DNA of 64,000 bases from Octopus vulgaris (GCA_951406725.2 OX597816.1:118916001-118980000); one strand, 5' to 3'. Shown: positions 1 through 15,184, counted from the first letter of the stretch. Notes: generated by a model from the sequence alone, not told the origin. Numbers and translations: made by a program.

Positions 1-2751
1 GCTGTGGTTAATAACCGGTGGTGGTTCTCTCTCAAGAAAGCTATTCGTTTCGAGTCTATTAGGTTTAGCCATCGGCTAAGACTAGATAAGGCCAGAATAG
101 AAGGGCAACTAGTTAAGGACTTAGAGGCGGCGTTGAGATTGGGCTCTGCATCCCACATTTTAGCAGCGAGAACGGCCTTGGTCCGTCATCTTAAAGCCAA
201 ACATAAGGAGTGCAGAGTTCGGGCTAAAGTGCGCACATTGGGCTGTGAGGTAATTAATGTTGCCGGATGGGCCCGTACGGTAGAAAACCAGCGTAGCAAC
301 GATGCCACAATTAGGTCTTTCGCTGATGACAATGGGTGTTCGGTTGATGTGCAGGACGAGATGTGTGAGGCGCTTTACAAGCACTTTGCCGAGTTGTTCG
401 GGAGGAGCGGGGTGCTGGCGGCTCGCGTCTCTCGGCACGAGAGGCTGAGAGCTGTGAAGGGCCAATCACAGCCGAGGAGGTGCTGGGCGAATGCCCCGGG
501 GAGAAGTCGCCGGGTCTCGATGGTCTGCTTTATGAATTCTATAAAAGTATGCCAGACTTGTTCGGGCACTTGCTGGCCGGCATCTACGCCAACTGGCAGC
601 AGAATAGGAGAATTTCTAAGTCTGCGAGCCGGGGGGTGGTGACGTTGATCAAGAAGGACTCGAGCAAGGGGGACGAAATAGGGAATTTCAGGTCCCTAAC
701 TCTGCTAAACACAGAGTTAAAGATTTTGGCCAAGGTGCTAGCGAAAAGGTTGGCGCGGGTTGTGGACAGACTTGTCGGGGAAGCGCAACGTGGGCTGTCC
801 CGGGCAGGACAATCCACGACAATCTCCACCTTGTACACTACTCCTTAGAAAGGGTGGGGAAGCTTTATGGCGCAGGGGGAGGGGCACTGGTACATTTAGA
901 CCAGTCCAAAGTATTTGATGGGGTCGACCATCGGTACTTGACGGCGGTCCTCGAGAAGGCTGGCCCGGGCCTGACCTTCCGCGGTTAGATTGCTGCTTTG
1001 TACAGCGACATCGAGTCTGTCGTCAAAGTGAACGGTCTCTTTTCGAAACCATTCAGGATCAAGCGCTCAGTGCGTCAGTGGTGTCCCCTGTCTCCACTTT
1101 TTTATGTGTTGGCTCTCGAGCCATTACTGCGGAGGTTGGAGGCACTAGGGGGCGCATCGCATGATCCATGGTGTGAAAGAGGAGCTACGGCCATCATCGT
1201 GGCGGATGAGGGCCAGCTTCCCGTCGTGAAAGAGGCTATCAAAAGTTTCGAGGCGGTGGCAGGAGCAAAGTTTAACAAGGACAAATCGGTCGGTTTGCAA
1301 CTCGGCACCTGGAGGGGCAAGCCGATGGCGTCCAATAACGACGTCGGGCGTTGGACGGAAGATCCTGTTAAGCTGCTGGGAGACTGGTTTGGCCCAGACC
1401 TCCAGATAGAGAAAAATTGGAGTGAGGTGACCAGCAAGGTGACTGCTCTAACCCAGACCTGGTCTGGGCGGGCGTTATCCTTGCTAGGGAAGGCGGAGGT
1501 GGTGCAGATGCTTATAGCATCGGTTATCAGCTACCGTCTGACCGTGGTGCCTTGCTCCGATTTGTGGCTGAACAAGTTGGAGAGAATCCTTTTCCGCTTT
1601 TTGTGTAAGGGAGGAAAGCCAGTTGTGAAGCGCTCTGTCTGCTACCAGAAACCGTTAAAGGGTGGGCTAGGGATGCCTTGGCTGTGGATGCGAAAATTCG
1701 CGTTAAGGTTCAGGCACCTCTGTCTTTACCTGGATGGAGAGCAGGTGTGATCACCGCACGTCCGGTTCTACCTTCCGCAGTTAACGCCATTAACAAACAT
1801 TGGTACATTGATCAGGCAGAGACCTAGACTGGGGGACTGGCAATTGGAGTACCGTCAGGCACTTCAGCTACTCTTTCGGGTGAGCAATATCGGCAACAGG
1901 AGTTCCATCGCATATTTTTATAGTGGGTTAGTAGAATTTATGTCTGAAGACGCCTTGAGAGAGACCCTGGGCTACGGTGACAATCAGTTGATCAACTTGT
2001 TCAGGAGAACTTTCAGGCTGGGGCATCTGGACAATTACCAGAAATCCCTGGCTTGGAAGTGCTTCCGTGAGGCGTTACCTGTTCGTGATAAACTGCCAAG
2101 TCACAGAAGTGCTGTCTCGCCGGCATGTCCGAGGTGCGGGCGGGACAGGGAAACCGTCTTGCACGCATTTGTGGAATTTCCGGAATTAACGGGACTGATA
2201 GCTTTCACAGAACAACTATTGTCATCGATGGGAAGAGTACAGCTATCAGCTGAGTCTATCATCGAGATTGTGCCGTCTCCTTCCCTTGACAAGGAAAGGA
2301 AGGCTTTCTTTTTCTGTGTAGTAGCTATACTGAAAGAAACAGTATTGAAGACGCGTGTATGAGGCATAGTGACGGGTATCTTTGTCTCCGGCCAGGGGTT
2401 GGTTAACTTTTTTAGTTATCACCTCAGTAGCAAAATCAGGCTGGGGAAGGGGTACCTGTCACGAAAGAGATTCGCGAAAAGATGGAAGCCTGCGGCAAGC
2501 AAGGTGAGAGCAATTGGCACCAGGTAAGTGGAGTCCGGGAAAAAAGCGAAGGTTCTACCCTGGTGGTCGGATGCCTTTCCTTCAGGGAATTCCTTGCAAG
2601 TCGCAATGAGTATCATGTCATCATTTAATATTTAATTGTATCACATAAATTTATCATCCGAAATGTGAACTTTTAATCGTTATAGCAGCTACTTCACTTT
2701 TTTATGTTTGTCTGTCTTTGTAATGCCTTCATGGCAAATTTAATGAAATAA
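1..2751 (+). mobile_element. Decayed Tx1/L1-clade LINE ORF2 (reverse transcriptase and C-terminal zinc knuckle) with short 3' UTR; 5' part lies outside the window
   Basis: Frameshifted ORFs carry KSPGLDGLLYEFYK, NFRSLTLLNTELKILAKVLAKRL, SVRQWCPLSPLFYVL, GGLGMP and CPRCGRDRETVLHAF. The YADD motif is deleted. Coding-like sequence ends near 2527 and AATAAA lies near 2747. Confidence 0.92.
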
Positions 2752-2880
2752 AGTAGCTTGCTTACCAGCCACATGGTTCTGGGTTCAGACCCACTGCGTG
2801 CACCTCTTCTACTGTAACCTCGGCCAACTAAAGCCTTGTGAGTGGATTTGGTAGATGGAAACTGAAAGAAGCCTGTTGTA
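2752..2880 (+). mobile_element. Partial tRNA-derived SINE, family A (most abundant family in the window)
   Basis: Matches the 5' half of the 60051-60470 copy (GCCTTGTGAGTGGATTTGGTAGA.GGAAACTGAAAGAAGCC). Confidence 0.8.
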
Positions 2881-3420
2881 TGTATATATATATATGTTTT
2901 CGTTTTTCATTGTGTTCAACGTTTTTTGATGTCCTGTACCCATATATGCATTTGTATATATACATATATATGTAGGTATGTACATATATGTATGCATATA
3001 TTTATATATTATTTATATTATTATATGATCGGATGCCACGCATCCTTTTCCAAGTAAGTTTTATCTTAATAATTACGATGCGCACTCTTCTACCTTTACT
3101 GTCTCTTCTCTGTCTATGTCTCTCGCTCTCTTGTTCTTCATCCTTTCTTGTTTTCTCTTCCACCCTCCCTATTCTTCTCTCCTCTTCACCGTTCTCTCTC
3201 TAGATGTTATAAGAATTTTAAAAAAGTCAAAGCCTGCTCGTGGGATTCGATCGTCAAACTTCTTTAACACGACTGACGTTCCACCAAAGCAATCCATCGA
3301 ATATCTCTATACATTTTAGGAACTTTATTCTTACCAGTCTTCGAATTCTAACCAAAAGGCTTTTAACCAAATATCTCCATGCTTTTATTTAAAACCGTTA
3401 TCTGATTTGAGTTTCACTGC

Positions 3421-3492
<72 letters not shown>

Positions 3493-3529
3493 GTTTTCGT
3501 TTCTCATTGTGTTCAACCTTACGAGTTTT

Positions 3530-3670
3530 TTTTACAAGGCTTAGAAAAGCTGGAGGACCGCTGCAATAAGTGTGTGAATCTGAGGGGGGGCATATGTTGA
3601 ATAAAATCATAATTAACTAATCCTTCTGTATTTTCTTTTGCTCAAAGTCAGGAACTTTCCAGCACCCCTC
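3530..3670 (+). mobile_element. mariner transposase 3' end and TIR remnant
   Basis: Translates to GLEKLEDRCNKCVNLRGAYVE*, a typical mariner C-terminus, followed by the TIR-like GGAACTTTCCAGCACCCCTC. Confidence 0.65.
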
Positions 3671-4290
3671 CACCAAACACAGATCATTGTCTTGTGTGGC
3701 TACAACTTTGGTGTGGCTTGCGGAGTTGTTTGCTTTCGGGACTGAGTTTTTTTTTCTTTGATTCATATTTACCGGTGACGATGCGGTAGAAAAGCTTTGT
3801 GCTTGATGTCAAGCGAGCTCACAGGCATCTATAAGAGGTGCTGTGGAGTTTGGCTCTTTCGTTCAGAGTGTGTCGCACCTATGTACCAAGTTCTTTGACC
3901 TTATCTATCAAGTGAAGGTCTCGGTATCCTGATAGCATCCTATCTGCAGGGCCATTTCTTCGGTTGTTTGATACGGGTCTTCGAAGATGAGTTCGTTCAA
4001 CAGACCCCCACTATACTGAATATTTTCAACCTAAATGTGGAGAGACTGTGCGGTCGAATTTCCCATCCTTGATGAATGAAAGCCAATTTTGTGCAATTCT
4101 TTTAGTAATAGCGCCTTCTCTACACAAAGAACAAATGTCCCGAGAGGTTTCGCCAGCATATGACTGGAAGCGTTAAGAAGCAGGTGTTGGAAGTACTCAT
4201 TTTCTTTTTCTACTTGGCCCGCCATCGTCGTATGCATGAAAAGAGTCAAAATTTATTCAAATTTCAAAAACGATAAACAAAAGGAGAGCA
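3671..4290 (-). mobile_element. Degenerate mariner transposase, N-terminal half
   Basis: MAGQVEKENEYFQHLLL start, HTH-like residues in shifted frames, and a KTMICVWW-like motif near 3675-3695. Confidence 0.7.
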
Positions 4291-4767
4291 TATTTATGAA
4301 ATTATTTATATACTAGCGGGACCAGTGAATATTTTACGGAATTAATTATAAACTTATTGGGTTATTTCTGAAAACTTTATCCCAAAAACTTGAAAGCGTA
4401 GCCTGTGTTGTGGCTGTATCAAAAGGTAGCCGCTCATCTGCTAATTATTGAAAAGTGAAGGAAATTGGAATACGATGATTTATATATACACTTTATATAC
4501 TTCATGCACAATATTATAGACTTAATACACAGCACTTTCTCTCTTTCTCTCTCACTCTTCGCCTTACCCTCTTTTTCTCTCTTCTTTCTCTCTCACTCTT
4601 CGCCTTACTCTCTTTTTCTCTCTCCTTTTTCTTTCGTTCTTCGCCTTTCCCTTCAACTAAACACGTGAAAGCGTTTCAGACGGGCTAAGTAACGGAGAAA
4701 AAAATTAGTTCAAAAACAAAATTACACATTTCACTCACCACCACCTCTCCCTCCACATACTTGATTC

Positions 4768-4798
<31 letters not shown>

Positions 4799-4850
4799 TG
4801 TGTGTGTGTGTGTGCATGCGTGCGTGTGTGTGCGCGTGTGTGTGTGCGCG

Positions 4851-4883
<33 letters not shown>

Positions 4884-4917
4884 GTGTATGTGTGTATTTG
4901 AAACTGAAGCAATTTGT

Positions 4918-4958
4918 CCCGTAACTCGAGTTTCACGCCACTGCAATCTTCAGGCAAA
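4918..4958 (-). ncRNA. Minimal type I hammerhead-like motif with degenerate stem I
   Basis: Minus strand: TTTGC-CTGAAGA-TTGC AGTG GCGT-GAA-ACTCGAGT-T-ACGGG. Core CUGAAGA/GAAA, palindromic stem III ACUCGAGU, GUU site. Confidence 0.55.
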
Positions 4959-5409
4959 CCTGAAACTATATATAGATGTGTGTATGTGTGTGTGTGTTTC
5001 GTTATCGAGTTCCACTCATAAGGCATTGTCCAGTCAAGGCTGAAGTCGAAGATATTTGCCCAAAGTTCCGCATCGTGGGAATGTGCAATGTCTATCTATT
5101 AATGCAATATCGCCGATTCTAAGTGAAAGGATAAAAGACAAAGTTAACCATGATGGGACTTGAACTCAGACTGCAAGCAGCCAGAATTATTACTGCTATA
5201 ACCATTCGGCCAAACAACGGCCTCTATTCAATCTCATGTTACTACATTTTGATGTTCAAATATTCAAATGCTATCCGATTCAACTTAACTTTTCATCCAC
5301 CAAGGGTTGATAAAAGAGGTACCAGTTATCTATTAGGATTACTTTAATCGGTTACATAGTTCTCTTATACCATTGTGATCATGTATCAATATATAACAAT
5401 AAGTATTTG

Positions 5410-5711
5410 TAGCGGCAGGTTTTAGTAGTCGTAGTGGTGGTGGTTGTAACAGTGGTGGTGGTGGTAGTACTAGAAGTAGTAGTGGTGACGGTAGTAGTAA
5501 TGATTGCAGTAGTTGTAGAAGTGGCGTTGATGGTATTTGTGGTAGTCGTAGTCGTAGTCGTAGTAGTAGTAGTAGTAGAATTAATGGTAATAAAGATGTT
5601 TGTAGTAATAGCAATAAATTATAGTGATAGTGACGATGGTGGTGGTGGTAGTAGTAGAGGTGGTTGTGGTGACAGTAGTAGCAGTGGTAATGACGATAGT
5701 AATATTAGTAC

Positions 5712-5742
<31 letters not shown>

Positions 5743-5850
5743 GGTGCTAGTAGCTGTGGAAGTAGTAGTAGAAGTAGTAGTGGTAATGACGCTAACGGTA
5801 GTAAAGGTATTAGTAATAGCAGCAGTAAATATTGTTATTGTTGTTGTTGT
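5410..5850. repeat. Compound (GTA)n/(GGT)n trinucleotide low-complexity tract
   Basis: Directly visible. Confidence 0.9.
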
Positions 5851-7214
5851 GTAACCCCCCGGTCGACTTTAATCGAACAGAACCATATTCAATGTTATTC
5901 TAATCCAAATCAATCGGTCTCTGCTTTTTCTAAGCATTGTCTGTCTGGGGCTACATTCTTCTACCCGATATATCCGTGCGATTTTCTGCTAAGGCAGTAA
6001 GAAGTGATAGGAGGGAGATTTGATTTGACTATTTTTAGCAAATCGAGTGATCACACAGAAGCTTCTTCATTCGCTCATAAGCGGTGTTAGCGGTGGTGGT
6101 TTTTGTTGTTGGTAGTGTGAATGGTATGATAGATAGGTGATCGTATAGTTATACTGGTGACAACGTTGGTGAAGATCCTCAACCTTAATTTGGCAAAGTT
6201 AGACCTAAAACGCGCTAAACAGTTCTTCTTTCGAAAGCGAATCAAGACAATATTGAGCCAAATTATATAAATGAAGTAACTCGAGTAATTGTTTTCTTAA
6301 CCTCTGGCTTTCATCAGAAGAAACTACGTTTGGACAAAGTTGAGCGAAGCTCTATGTTAATTGCTTCTAACGAACTCTAATCAAACGTTGTGCTTGGCTG
6401 TAAAATACAGGATTTAATTGATTTCATATAAAATTTCACTCATTCATTAAAGCTAATGTGTTCTTTGTTTTCTATTGAAATTTGTGGCAGCATCAATTGT
6501 CGGCTTTTACTTGTTTTCTTACTTTGGAGAAGATAAATGCATCAAATTTATAAAGGAAGGAAAATAAGATTGTATGACGCTAATACCTCTCGCCAAAGAA
6601 TAGTAGACTTGGTTTCAACTGCGACTCGACATTTTTATCCATCGTTTTTCATTGGTGTTCCAGTCGTGATATTCACGTCTTTCTTGCGTATGTTTGTTTT
6701 TTTTTAATTGAATTTCTTAATGGCATTACTTATCATTTTTTTCAAGAAACCACTTTTGTGGTATCTGCTCTTCAAAAATGACTCTGCAGAACAGCGTTCG
6801 AGTTCCCTATAAGACATATAACTTAAATTTACAACGTAAAAGAATTTCCCGAAGAGCGCTTGCAACATAAATAAAATGAGATAGTTTTAACCACTCCTCC
6901 TGCTTTTCGCTATTTGGATTTTTAAATCGAAATTCGTGACTTTTTTTTTGTGTGTGTTTTAAATACCATATTCTAAAAATTTCCAGTTTGATGCTTGGTG
7001 GTTGTGCGTTCAATCCACTCAGTGGTCTTGACATTATTATTTCTACTTCCAGGAACGATTCCTTGAAATTATTACTATAACTCATTAGTTCATAGGGTCA
7101 CCCCTGAAGACTGTGTCTTTGTGATGCATGTCTAAGGCAAATCTTCATGAATTCAGCACTTACTGCGAGCGAAATATTCATTAATTGCGCCTACTTATTA
7201 CGGTAATTGTTTCT

Positions 7215-8158
7215 AGTTTAGACACAAGGCCATCAATTTAAGGGCAAGGAGATTAGTCAATTATATCGATCCCAGCACTTGACTTCATTCTATTGACTTA
7301 CCGATACTGAAAAGATGGAAAGCAAAGTCGACCTTCGTGGAATCTGAACCCAGAACAGAAGGGACCGAAAGAAATAAGGATGCTTTCCGAAGCGTTAATG
7401 ATTTTGCTTGCTCATTGCCTTTAATTCCTACAAGAACCCTAAAACGTGATAGCTATTTACAGATGAGGACACAGTAGCTCAATTTGTATTAGTTGCACTG
7501 TCATTGAAATCACATCTTAAACTCTCTTAGACAAAGCCCAAACTTAGTACTTTCTAATTTATCTTTCTTGTTGACGCAAATATGCCTGGACACCAGCTGG
7601 TAGCTATGATCGCGGAAAACCAAGTAAATGACTAAGTTTATCGCACACAGTGACTGTTGACCAAACAGAAACTTCTATATCTTTAAAGGAAAAGAAAACG
7701 GGAAAAATGTAACGCTATTCTTATCTTAGACGAATTCATACTGCAAAGGAGTTTGGCAAAATTGGTCGGGCGTTCGACATTTAATTACGATTCTTTAGCT
7801 TCTGAGTTCATATAATGAAATGGTCATCTTTACTCTTCATCCTTCCAGGGCCAATAAAATAAATACTTGTCATCAGAAACCGGCGTCGACTATAATCAAC
7901 TAAACCACCTCACTCCACTATCACAAACAAAGGGAAAATGATATCTTAGTTTCGAATTTCGGCACAAGGCCAGCAATTTCGGAAAGGGGTAAGTCGATTA
8001 CATCGATCCCAGTATTTAACTGATACTTTTTTCTATCGACCCAGAAAGGATGAAAGGCAAAGTCAACCCCAGCGGCATTTGAACTCAGAACATATCGTCG
8101 CAAGGAATGCTCCTAAGTATTTTGTTCGGTGCGGAAACGATTCTGCTAGCTCGCCGCC
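7215..8158. mobile_element. Three Nin/Deu-domain-like SINE copies, family B: 7215-7420 (-), ~7760-7915 (+), 7945-8158 (-)
   Basis: They share GGCGAGCTGGCAGAATCGTT...GAGTTCAAAT..GCC and GCCTTTCATCCTTTCGGGGTCGATAAAATAAGTACCAG, which resembles the Nin/Deu core. Confidence 0.75.
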
Positions 8159-8959
8159 TATTTTGTGTCCATATTAAGAATCAACATTATAAAGGAAAAT
8201 GCAATGTCTTCAACGGAGAAGCGAAACCGCTTCATTGACTTGACACTGGAAACTAAATTCTTCCTTAACAGCATTTGATAGAGTGCTCCTGGTATTAATA
8301 AATATTTATCTATTACATGGGTGGAGTTGTGGTCCGATTCAATCAACTACAAAATTTGGCTTAATGCCTAGGCAAGTGAAGTTCATACTTTTACTGGGGA
8401 AATCAACCGATTGACACTGAAATCTGTACTTGGCAATTCACTAAGGGAGTTAATATTTTGTCTCCTCATCTCTTTCGCACCGCCTGTCTTCTCATTCTCC
8501 TTAGACACGTATCTACATTATGGTTTCATTATCGTATAAAGTAATATATGAACAGTAAATTCTCATTGAGATTACGAAGAAAGCCATCTCAATACATGTG
8601 GCGACAATTAATGATGGTGGGCTGGGTGCAAGTGAAATGACTAATGACGGGGTCAGCTGGACTAAATAAGGTCACTCTAGTTGAATGATCGAAAGATGCT
8701 TGTTAGCATCATGTGCAGAGGTGAAGTGGAGCTAATAAATAAAACCACCGATCGATTATGATTGTTAGAGGTTGTGGACGGAGACAGAATTTCAATGCGA
8801 ATATACAGAATGGTAAAATTACTCTTACAACCTATACTCACTCTCTTTCTATACATATCTATCTATTTATGTATACTGCACGCATTCATGTAGACATACG
8901 TATTTATACATACATGCGTACATATAAATATACATATACAATACATACATATGTATATT

Positions 8960-9237
<278 letters not shown>

Positions 9238-9864
9238 CTCAGTTGTGTGTGCTGAAGGCTAGAATTTCATAAATCTCGTTATTTTCCTTCATAATGCCTG
9301 TGTCACTTGAAAATCTGATGAATGAAATAAGGGTTGAGGTTGTGATCACACAACAAAAGTCGTATGGTCGATTACCAAGAATTTCATTACAAAAACAAAA
9401 CGAAACAAAAATTATAAAATCACATACACACCAACTTACAGATTTACAGAATGCAATGAGTCACGTGTTCATTGACTGACAGTCATGATTTATCTTAAGA
9501 ATATTACATGCGAAGCCTAAAAAAATTTAGTTCTCAATTGTTATATTCTGTTAATTAAAAAATTTTTTTACTCAAGTTACATGTACGTAAAACTATTTAC
9601 CACCCTCTGGTACCCAGTCGAAAATTTCGATGCCATATTTTGATTCTTTTAACGAGTAACTTCTGAAAAAAAAAAAAAATCCATCCTGAAGGTTGAAAAC
9701 CACGGAACTGGTCAGTTCCCTAGGATCCAGGTCAGTTTTGCAACAACGCAGAGCAAAATAATTTTAAACATAATAATCTTCTAAAACAATTAAAACAAAA
9801 CTCACGAGCGATCTGAAGGGGCATTTTGCCGATACTAAATTATTGATAGTAATAATGCTAATAT

Positions 9865-10460
9865 TTTCTAATTTTGGGACAAGGCTACCAGTTTTGAGGG
9901 GAGGGGAAGTGAATTACATCGACCCCAGTGCTCAACCATTTCTATTGATTCCGAAAGGATGAAAAGCAAAGTCGACCACGGCGGAATTTGAATTCAGAAC
10001 ATAATAGTGGCTACTAGTTTAGGCATAAAACCAGGAATTTTGAGGTGGTGGTGGGTAATAATGGTTACCAAAAATCCCATGCTTGACTGGTACTTTTTTT
10101 ATATCGGCCCCGAAAGGATAAAAGAATAAAGCTGATCTCGGCGGAATCTGACTTCAGAAAGTAGTAATTCTTTTTACTACTGGCAGTTTATCTTATCGAC
10201 CTCGAAAGAATAAAAGGCAATGTCGACCTCGGTGGTATTTGAACTCAGATCACAAAGAACCGGAAGAAACGCTGCTAAGCATTTTGTCCGGCGTGCTTAT
10301 GATTCTTCCATCTCGCTGCTTTTTTAATGGCAATCATCGACACCAATACTTGAGTGGTACTTTAATATATCGAATCTCGAAGAGATGAAAGCTGAAGTTG
10401 ATCTTAGTCGGATTTGAACCGAAATCGTAAAGAGCCGGAAGAAATACGACATTAATAACA
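9865..10460 (-). mobile_element. Cluster of about 4 partial family B SINEs
   Basis: Repeated CGAAAGGATGAAAGGCAAAGTCGACCTCGGCGGAATTTGAACTCAGAAC-like blocks. Confidence 0.75.
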
Positions 10461-10462
10461 TA

Positions 10463-10983
10463 CCGTAAATCCTCGAGTATAGTCTGCCCTTGAATATAAT
10501 ACGCAGGGGATTTTTAGGGGTTGTACCTCTGAAAAAGCTAAACCTTGTGTATAATACGCACCCCTTCTCTAACTTGAGTCGTGCGTAATTAAGCCAGCAG
10601 CACCTAGTCGAACAAACACTTCCGCGCATGCGTAATACAACAATGGTGATGTTCTTAACTGTTATATGGGAATGTAAATATGTTTGCAAATTGTTTTTGT
10701 TACATGTTATTCTGTGTTCTGAATACTTTTATTTTAATAAATGTTGCTTACTGCAAGTTATGGATGATTCTTTTATGACTTCATTGCTTTCAGGCTTAGC
10801 TTAAGGTATTTTCGCGCTCGACATCACAAAATGCGTCTGAATAAACATTGCCGGACAGCAAATAGAGACTCGGACATTGCTTAGAAAATATTTTTCATTT
10901 TTAACCTCGTATATAGTACGCACTAAGGATTTTGACCTTTAAATTTTGGGGAAAAAATGCGGATTATTCTCGAGGATTTACGG
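10463..10983. mobile_element. Non-autonomous Tc1/mariner-superfamily (pogo/Tc2-like) MITE, 521 bp
   Basis: TIRs CCGTAAATCCTCGAG...CTCGAGGATTTACGG with TA on both sides. Confidence 0.88.
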
Positions 10984-11439
10984 TAATTAGTTTGTTATAA
11001 CATAATGGAGAGATTCATTTCTTGCGTAAAGCAGGGTCTCCATAGTTTTTATCTTTATCTCCATTGCACGGCTAATGTGGCTTTCCCGCCTTTATCACAC
11101 AAAGAACAAGCAAGTACCTTATTAGTTTTGTGTAGCTTTTCCATTTGTTGTTACTGCTGTTTCTGTTTGTTTTTTTTTCTTTTTTCTATTTCTACCTTTC
11201 TTTAGTAGAATTTTCTTTCTTTCTTTCTTTTTTTCCCTTCTATTTATTTTTATCCCTGTTTTCTTCTTTCTTTTCTCCTTCTCCTTCTCCTCTGCAGCAA
11301 TTACAACAGCGACGACGACAGCTGCAGTACCATCTATATAGAAGGAAAGATAATGGAAAAAGAATGAAGAGAAAAAGAAGACACCAACATGCTACAAGAA
11401 CAATAAGAAAGTGTCGAAAGACATAGATACAGACGAAAA

Positions 11440-12050
<611 letters not shown>

Positions 12051-12444
12051 GGAATTAAAGAAACAGACGGAGTGATCTAATACATAAGATCACCTGCAAG
12101 GAAAAGAAAAAAAGTAAAGTAAAAAGAAAAAAAATGGAAAAGAACCATTAAAGTAATAATAAAAAATGCAAACAAACCACTACACCACTCATCCTTCTCT
12201 ACCGGTCCCCGTCTTCAGAGCAAAGATTGAAGGGTTGTTTTCTCAGTCCCTAAATATATAAAGTCAAGCTACATTGTTAGTGAGAAGAACGGAATTTTTT
12301 TGTATGGCAATAGATGACTTTAATGACCTATAACGATCACTGTTTACCATGTCTTACACCGAAACCAAACACTGCTACAACCTGCCCCCCTCCACCTACT
12401 CCTCTTACCACCACTCACCCGTTTGTTTTCTTATATTTCTTCTT

Positions 12445-12850
12445 TTTCTTCTTCTTCTTCTTCTTCTTCTTCTTCTTCTTCTTCTTCTTCTTCTTCTTCT
12501 TCTCTCGTTCATTTCTCTTACTATCACTCCAGGATCCTCCGTCACTTTTTATACTCCCTCCTCCTCTTCCTCGTCTTTTTTTTCTTCTTTCTCCTTCACT
12601 TCTTTTGCTATTACTCTAGGATCCTTTGACACTTTCTTTATATCCTCCTCCTCCTCCTCCTCTTCTTCTTTCTCGTTCACTTGCTATTACTCCAGGATCC
12701 TCTGTCACTTTCTTTATATCCTCCACCTCCCCTTCGTCGTCGTCGTCGTCGTCATCATCATCGTCGTCATCATCGTCATCGTCATCGTCATCATCATCAT
12801 CATCATCATCACCATCGTCGTCGTCGTCGTCGTCATCATCATCATCGTTA
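12445..12850. repeat. (CTT)n and (TCA/TCG)n tracts with a degenerate 3-copy repeat containing CTCCAGGATCCTC.GTCACTT
   Basis: The motif recurs at about 12525, 12615 and 12690. Confidence 0.8.
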
Positions 12851-13090
12851 TTAAGTTGTTCTTTAGACCAACTACCCACACTTTCAGCTACCAGAAGCTA
12901 GCTCTGAACGAGTAGACTTATTTCTAAGCGACCATCCTATCTAGTATCTAGCGCTACATTATCCAATGTAGCCTTCATTTTCTTTTTTTTTTCTTTAAGT
13001 CTGTGGTGTGTAATTTCATTTTATCTTAACGGTCATATCTAGCAGATGGGACGACCACGTCTTAGAGAGCCTCCTTCCTCATTGTCACAA

Positions 13091-14040
13091 TAACTCTTTG
13101 AAATTCAGATTACTCTACCAAATATTATGCTTCAATGGAATTCACATTGTTTTGAATTAACCATGCACAATCTGGAAGTTTCAAGATTTCGTCGCTCCCC
13201 TGCTTTGCAATATATATCCGGTGCAGACTGCACCGATAACCGGCTGGAGGAGGCTCCGCCTGGTGGTTAAAAACGGTAATAGCGATTCCTGCGGAATAGC
13301 CATATTGATGTGGCGATAAACATTACTTCTCGGTATAGTTACTACTTTTCGGATATGTTTCTAACAATACTAACACTTTGCTAGGGTGGGCTATGGTGCC
13401 CCATATATGACTAAAAGACTTCACCAAGTGGTGCTATTAAGTTAGACATGACCTGGGCCTTTACTGACCGAAACCTATCAAAGTTATCAAAGTTAACTAG
13501 CTCCTTTGCTTGTTGATATCTACCCTTTGTCATTTACCTTTCACTTGCTTCAGTCATTTGACTCTGGCCATGCTGGGGCATCGCCTTGAAAACTTTTTAA
13601 TCGAATGAATCGGCCCCAGTTCTTATTTTTGTGTTAAGCCTCGTACTTATTCGATCTTTCCTTTTTTGCCGAAACCGCTAAGTTACGTGGATGTAAACAC
13701 AGTAACACCGGTTGTCAAGTGGCAGTGTGGAACACATCTACCCCCACACACATACATGTGTGGCGGGCTTCTCTCAGTTTCCGTCTACCAAATCCACTCA
13801 CAAGGCTTTGGTTGGCCCAAGGCCACAGTAGAAGACACTTGCCCAAGGTGCCATGCAGTGGGACTGAACCCAGAACCAAGTGGCTGGGAAGCAAGCTTCT
13901 TACCACACAGCCACGCCTGTGATTGTTTATTTTTAGAATGACATTGTAGGGTAAGCGTGAGAGGCCGGATCTGGCCAGTTTGATCGTAAAACGGGTAGAA
14001 TGTTTGGGCCAGATATCCCGGTTTAAATACCTACGGGCAA
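13091..14040. mobile_element. Probable short MITE-like element (possibly piggyBac-type) split by a nested insertion of about 730 bp
   Basis: The left part (ATTCAGATTACTCT...TTCAAGATTTC, to ~13190) and right part (GTGATTGTTTATTTTTAGAATGAC...GGTTTAAATACC, from ~13918) resemble a common octopus repeat recalled from memory. The termini are degenerate. Confidence 0.4.
13535..13919 (-). mobile_element. Near full-length family A SINE
   Basis: Colinear with 60051-60470 from the head GGCGTGGCTGTGTGGTAAGAAGC to the tail CAAATGACTGAAGCAAG. Confidence 0.88.
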
Positions 14041-14279
14041 GCCAATGTGCTGGTGCCAGGACTAGGGATGCTAATGCTTGTGGGGATAGTGATGATGATG
14101 GATAGTCTTGGCGTTAGTAGCTGTAGTAATAGTGATGAAGACATTGCTGATGGAAGACTTAATGATAATAGTAATATTAGTTTCAATTTTTTGCATAAGG
14201 CCAGCAATTTAGTGTGAGGGGGTAAGTCGACTACATCGATCTCTAAATGGTACCTACCCTATTGCTATTGTTCTCGTTC

Positions 14280-14620
14280 TTTAGCTCTAGGGCAGACCTA
14301 TGATCAAAAACATTCCAACCTTGGCCGTCTTGCATGTTAAAACGGTAGTATGTAATTTGAGGAACATTTGGCTACTATTTCCAGTAGGTAGAATAACCAT
14401 GTGAAGGCTAACTCGTTGGCTAAAAAATTGCTGCTGTTTTTGTTGTTTAACCCTGGGATCAGCCCAGACCGAGTAGACCTATGATCAAAGGTATTCTCCA
14501 ATGATGCCCACTTGCGGAACCTAGAAGCACAATATCCAACGTGTCCTCTTCAAAAACGGTAACGAGTGATTTGAGGGAGACTTGACTGCTATTTCTACTA
14601 GATGAAGCGAACACATAGAA
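14280..14620. mobile_element. Two copies of another dispersed SINE-like repeat, also at ~5850-6075, ~12870-13080 and ~46130-46270
   Basis: Shared AGACCTATGATCAAA and TTTGAGG.AGA.TTG.CTGCTATTTC blocks. Confidence 0.55.
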
Positions 14621-15099
14621 CAGATATGGGCAAACTTTTTCGAGAAGTGAGCCGCATGAGCTATTGCTAAAAAATTCGAGATAACTTTTCGTCAGGCGTG
14701 CCATTCAGAAAGTCCTACGGGCCGCAGATTGCTCATAACCGACACAGAAGTACACTCTGCATACTATCTCAGCAGACAGGGTTATGCTGGGCGCAAAAGT
14801 AGTAGTAGTAGTAGTAGTAGTAGTATTGGTGGTGGTGGTGGTAGTAGTAGTAGTAGTTGTGACGGCAGTTATTTAATTTTTTTTGTATTTTATTTATTTT
14901 ATTTAATTTTTGACTTTATTTTTCCTTTCCTTATTTGTCTTACCTTAAGCTAGATAGAGACACGGGTTTCACAATGACTTCGCTTGACACTTTCTGCCGA
15001 ACCGTTCGCAACGCCAGAATTTAATTTGTTTGACAACAAAATTTAATGTTGTATTTGGATAAACTAACAGAAGAAAAAAAAGAAAAATTAAGCAACACA

Positions 15100-15184
<85 letters not shown>
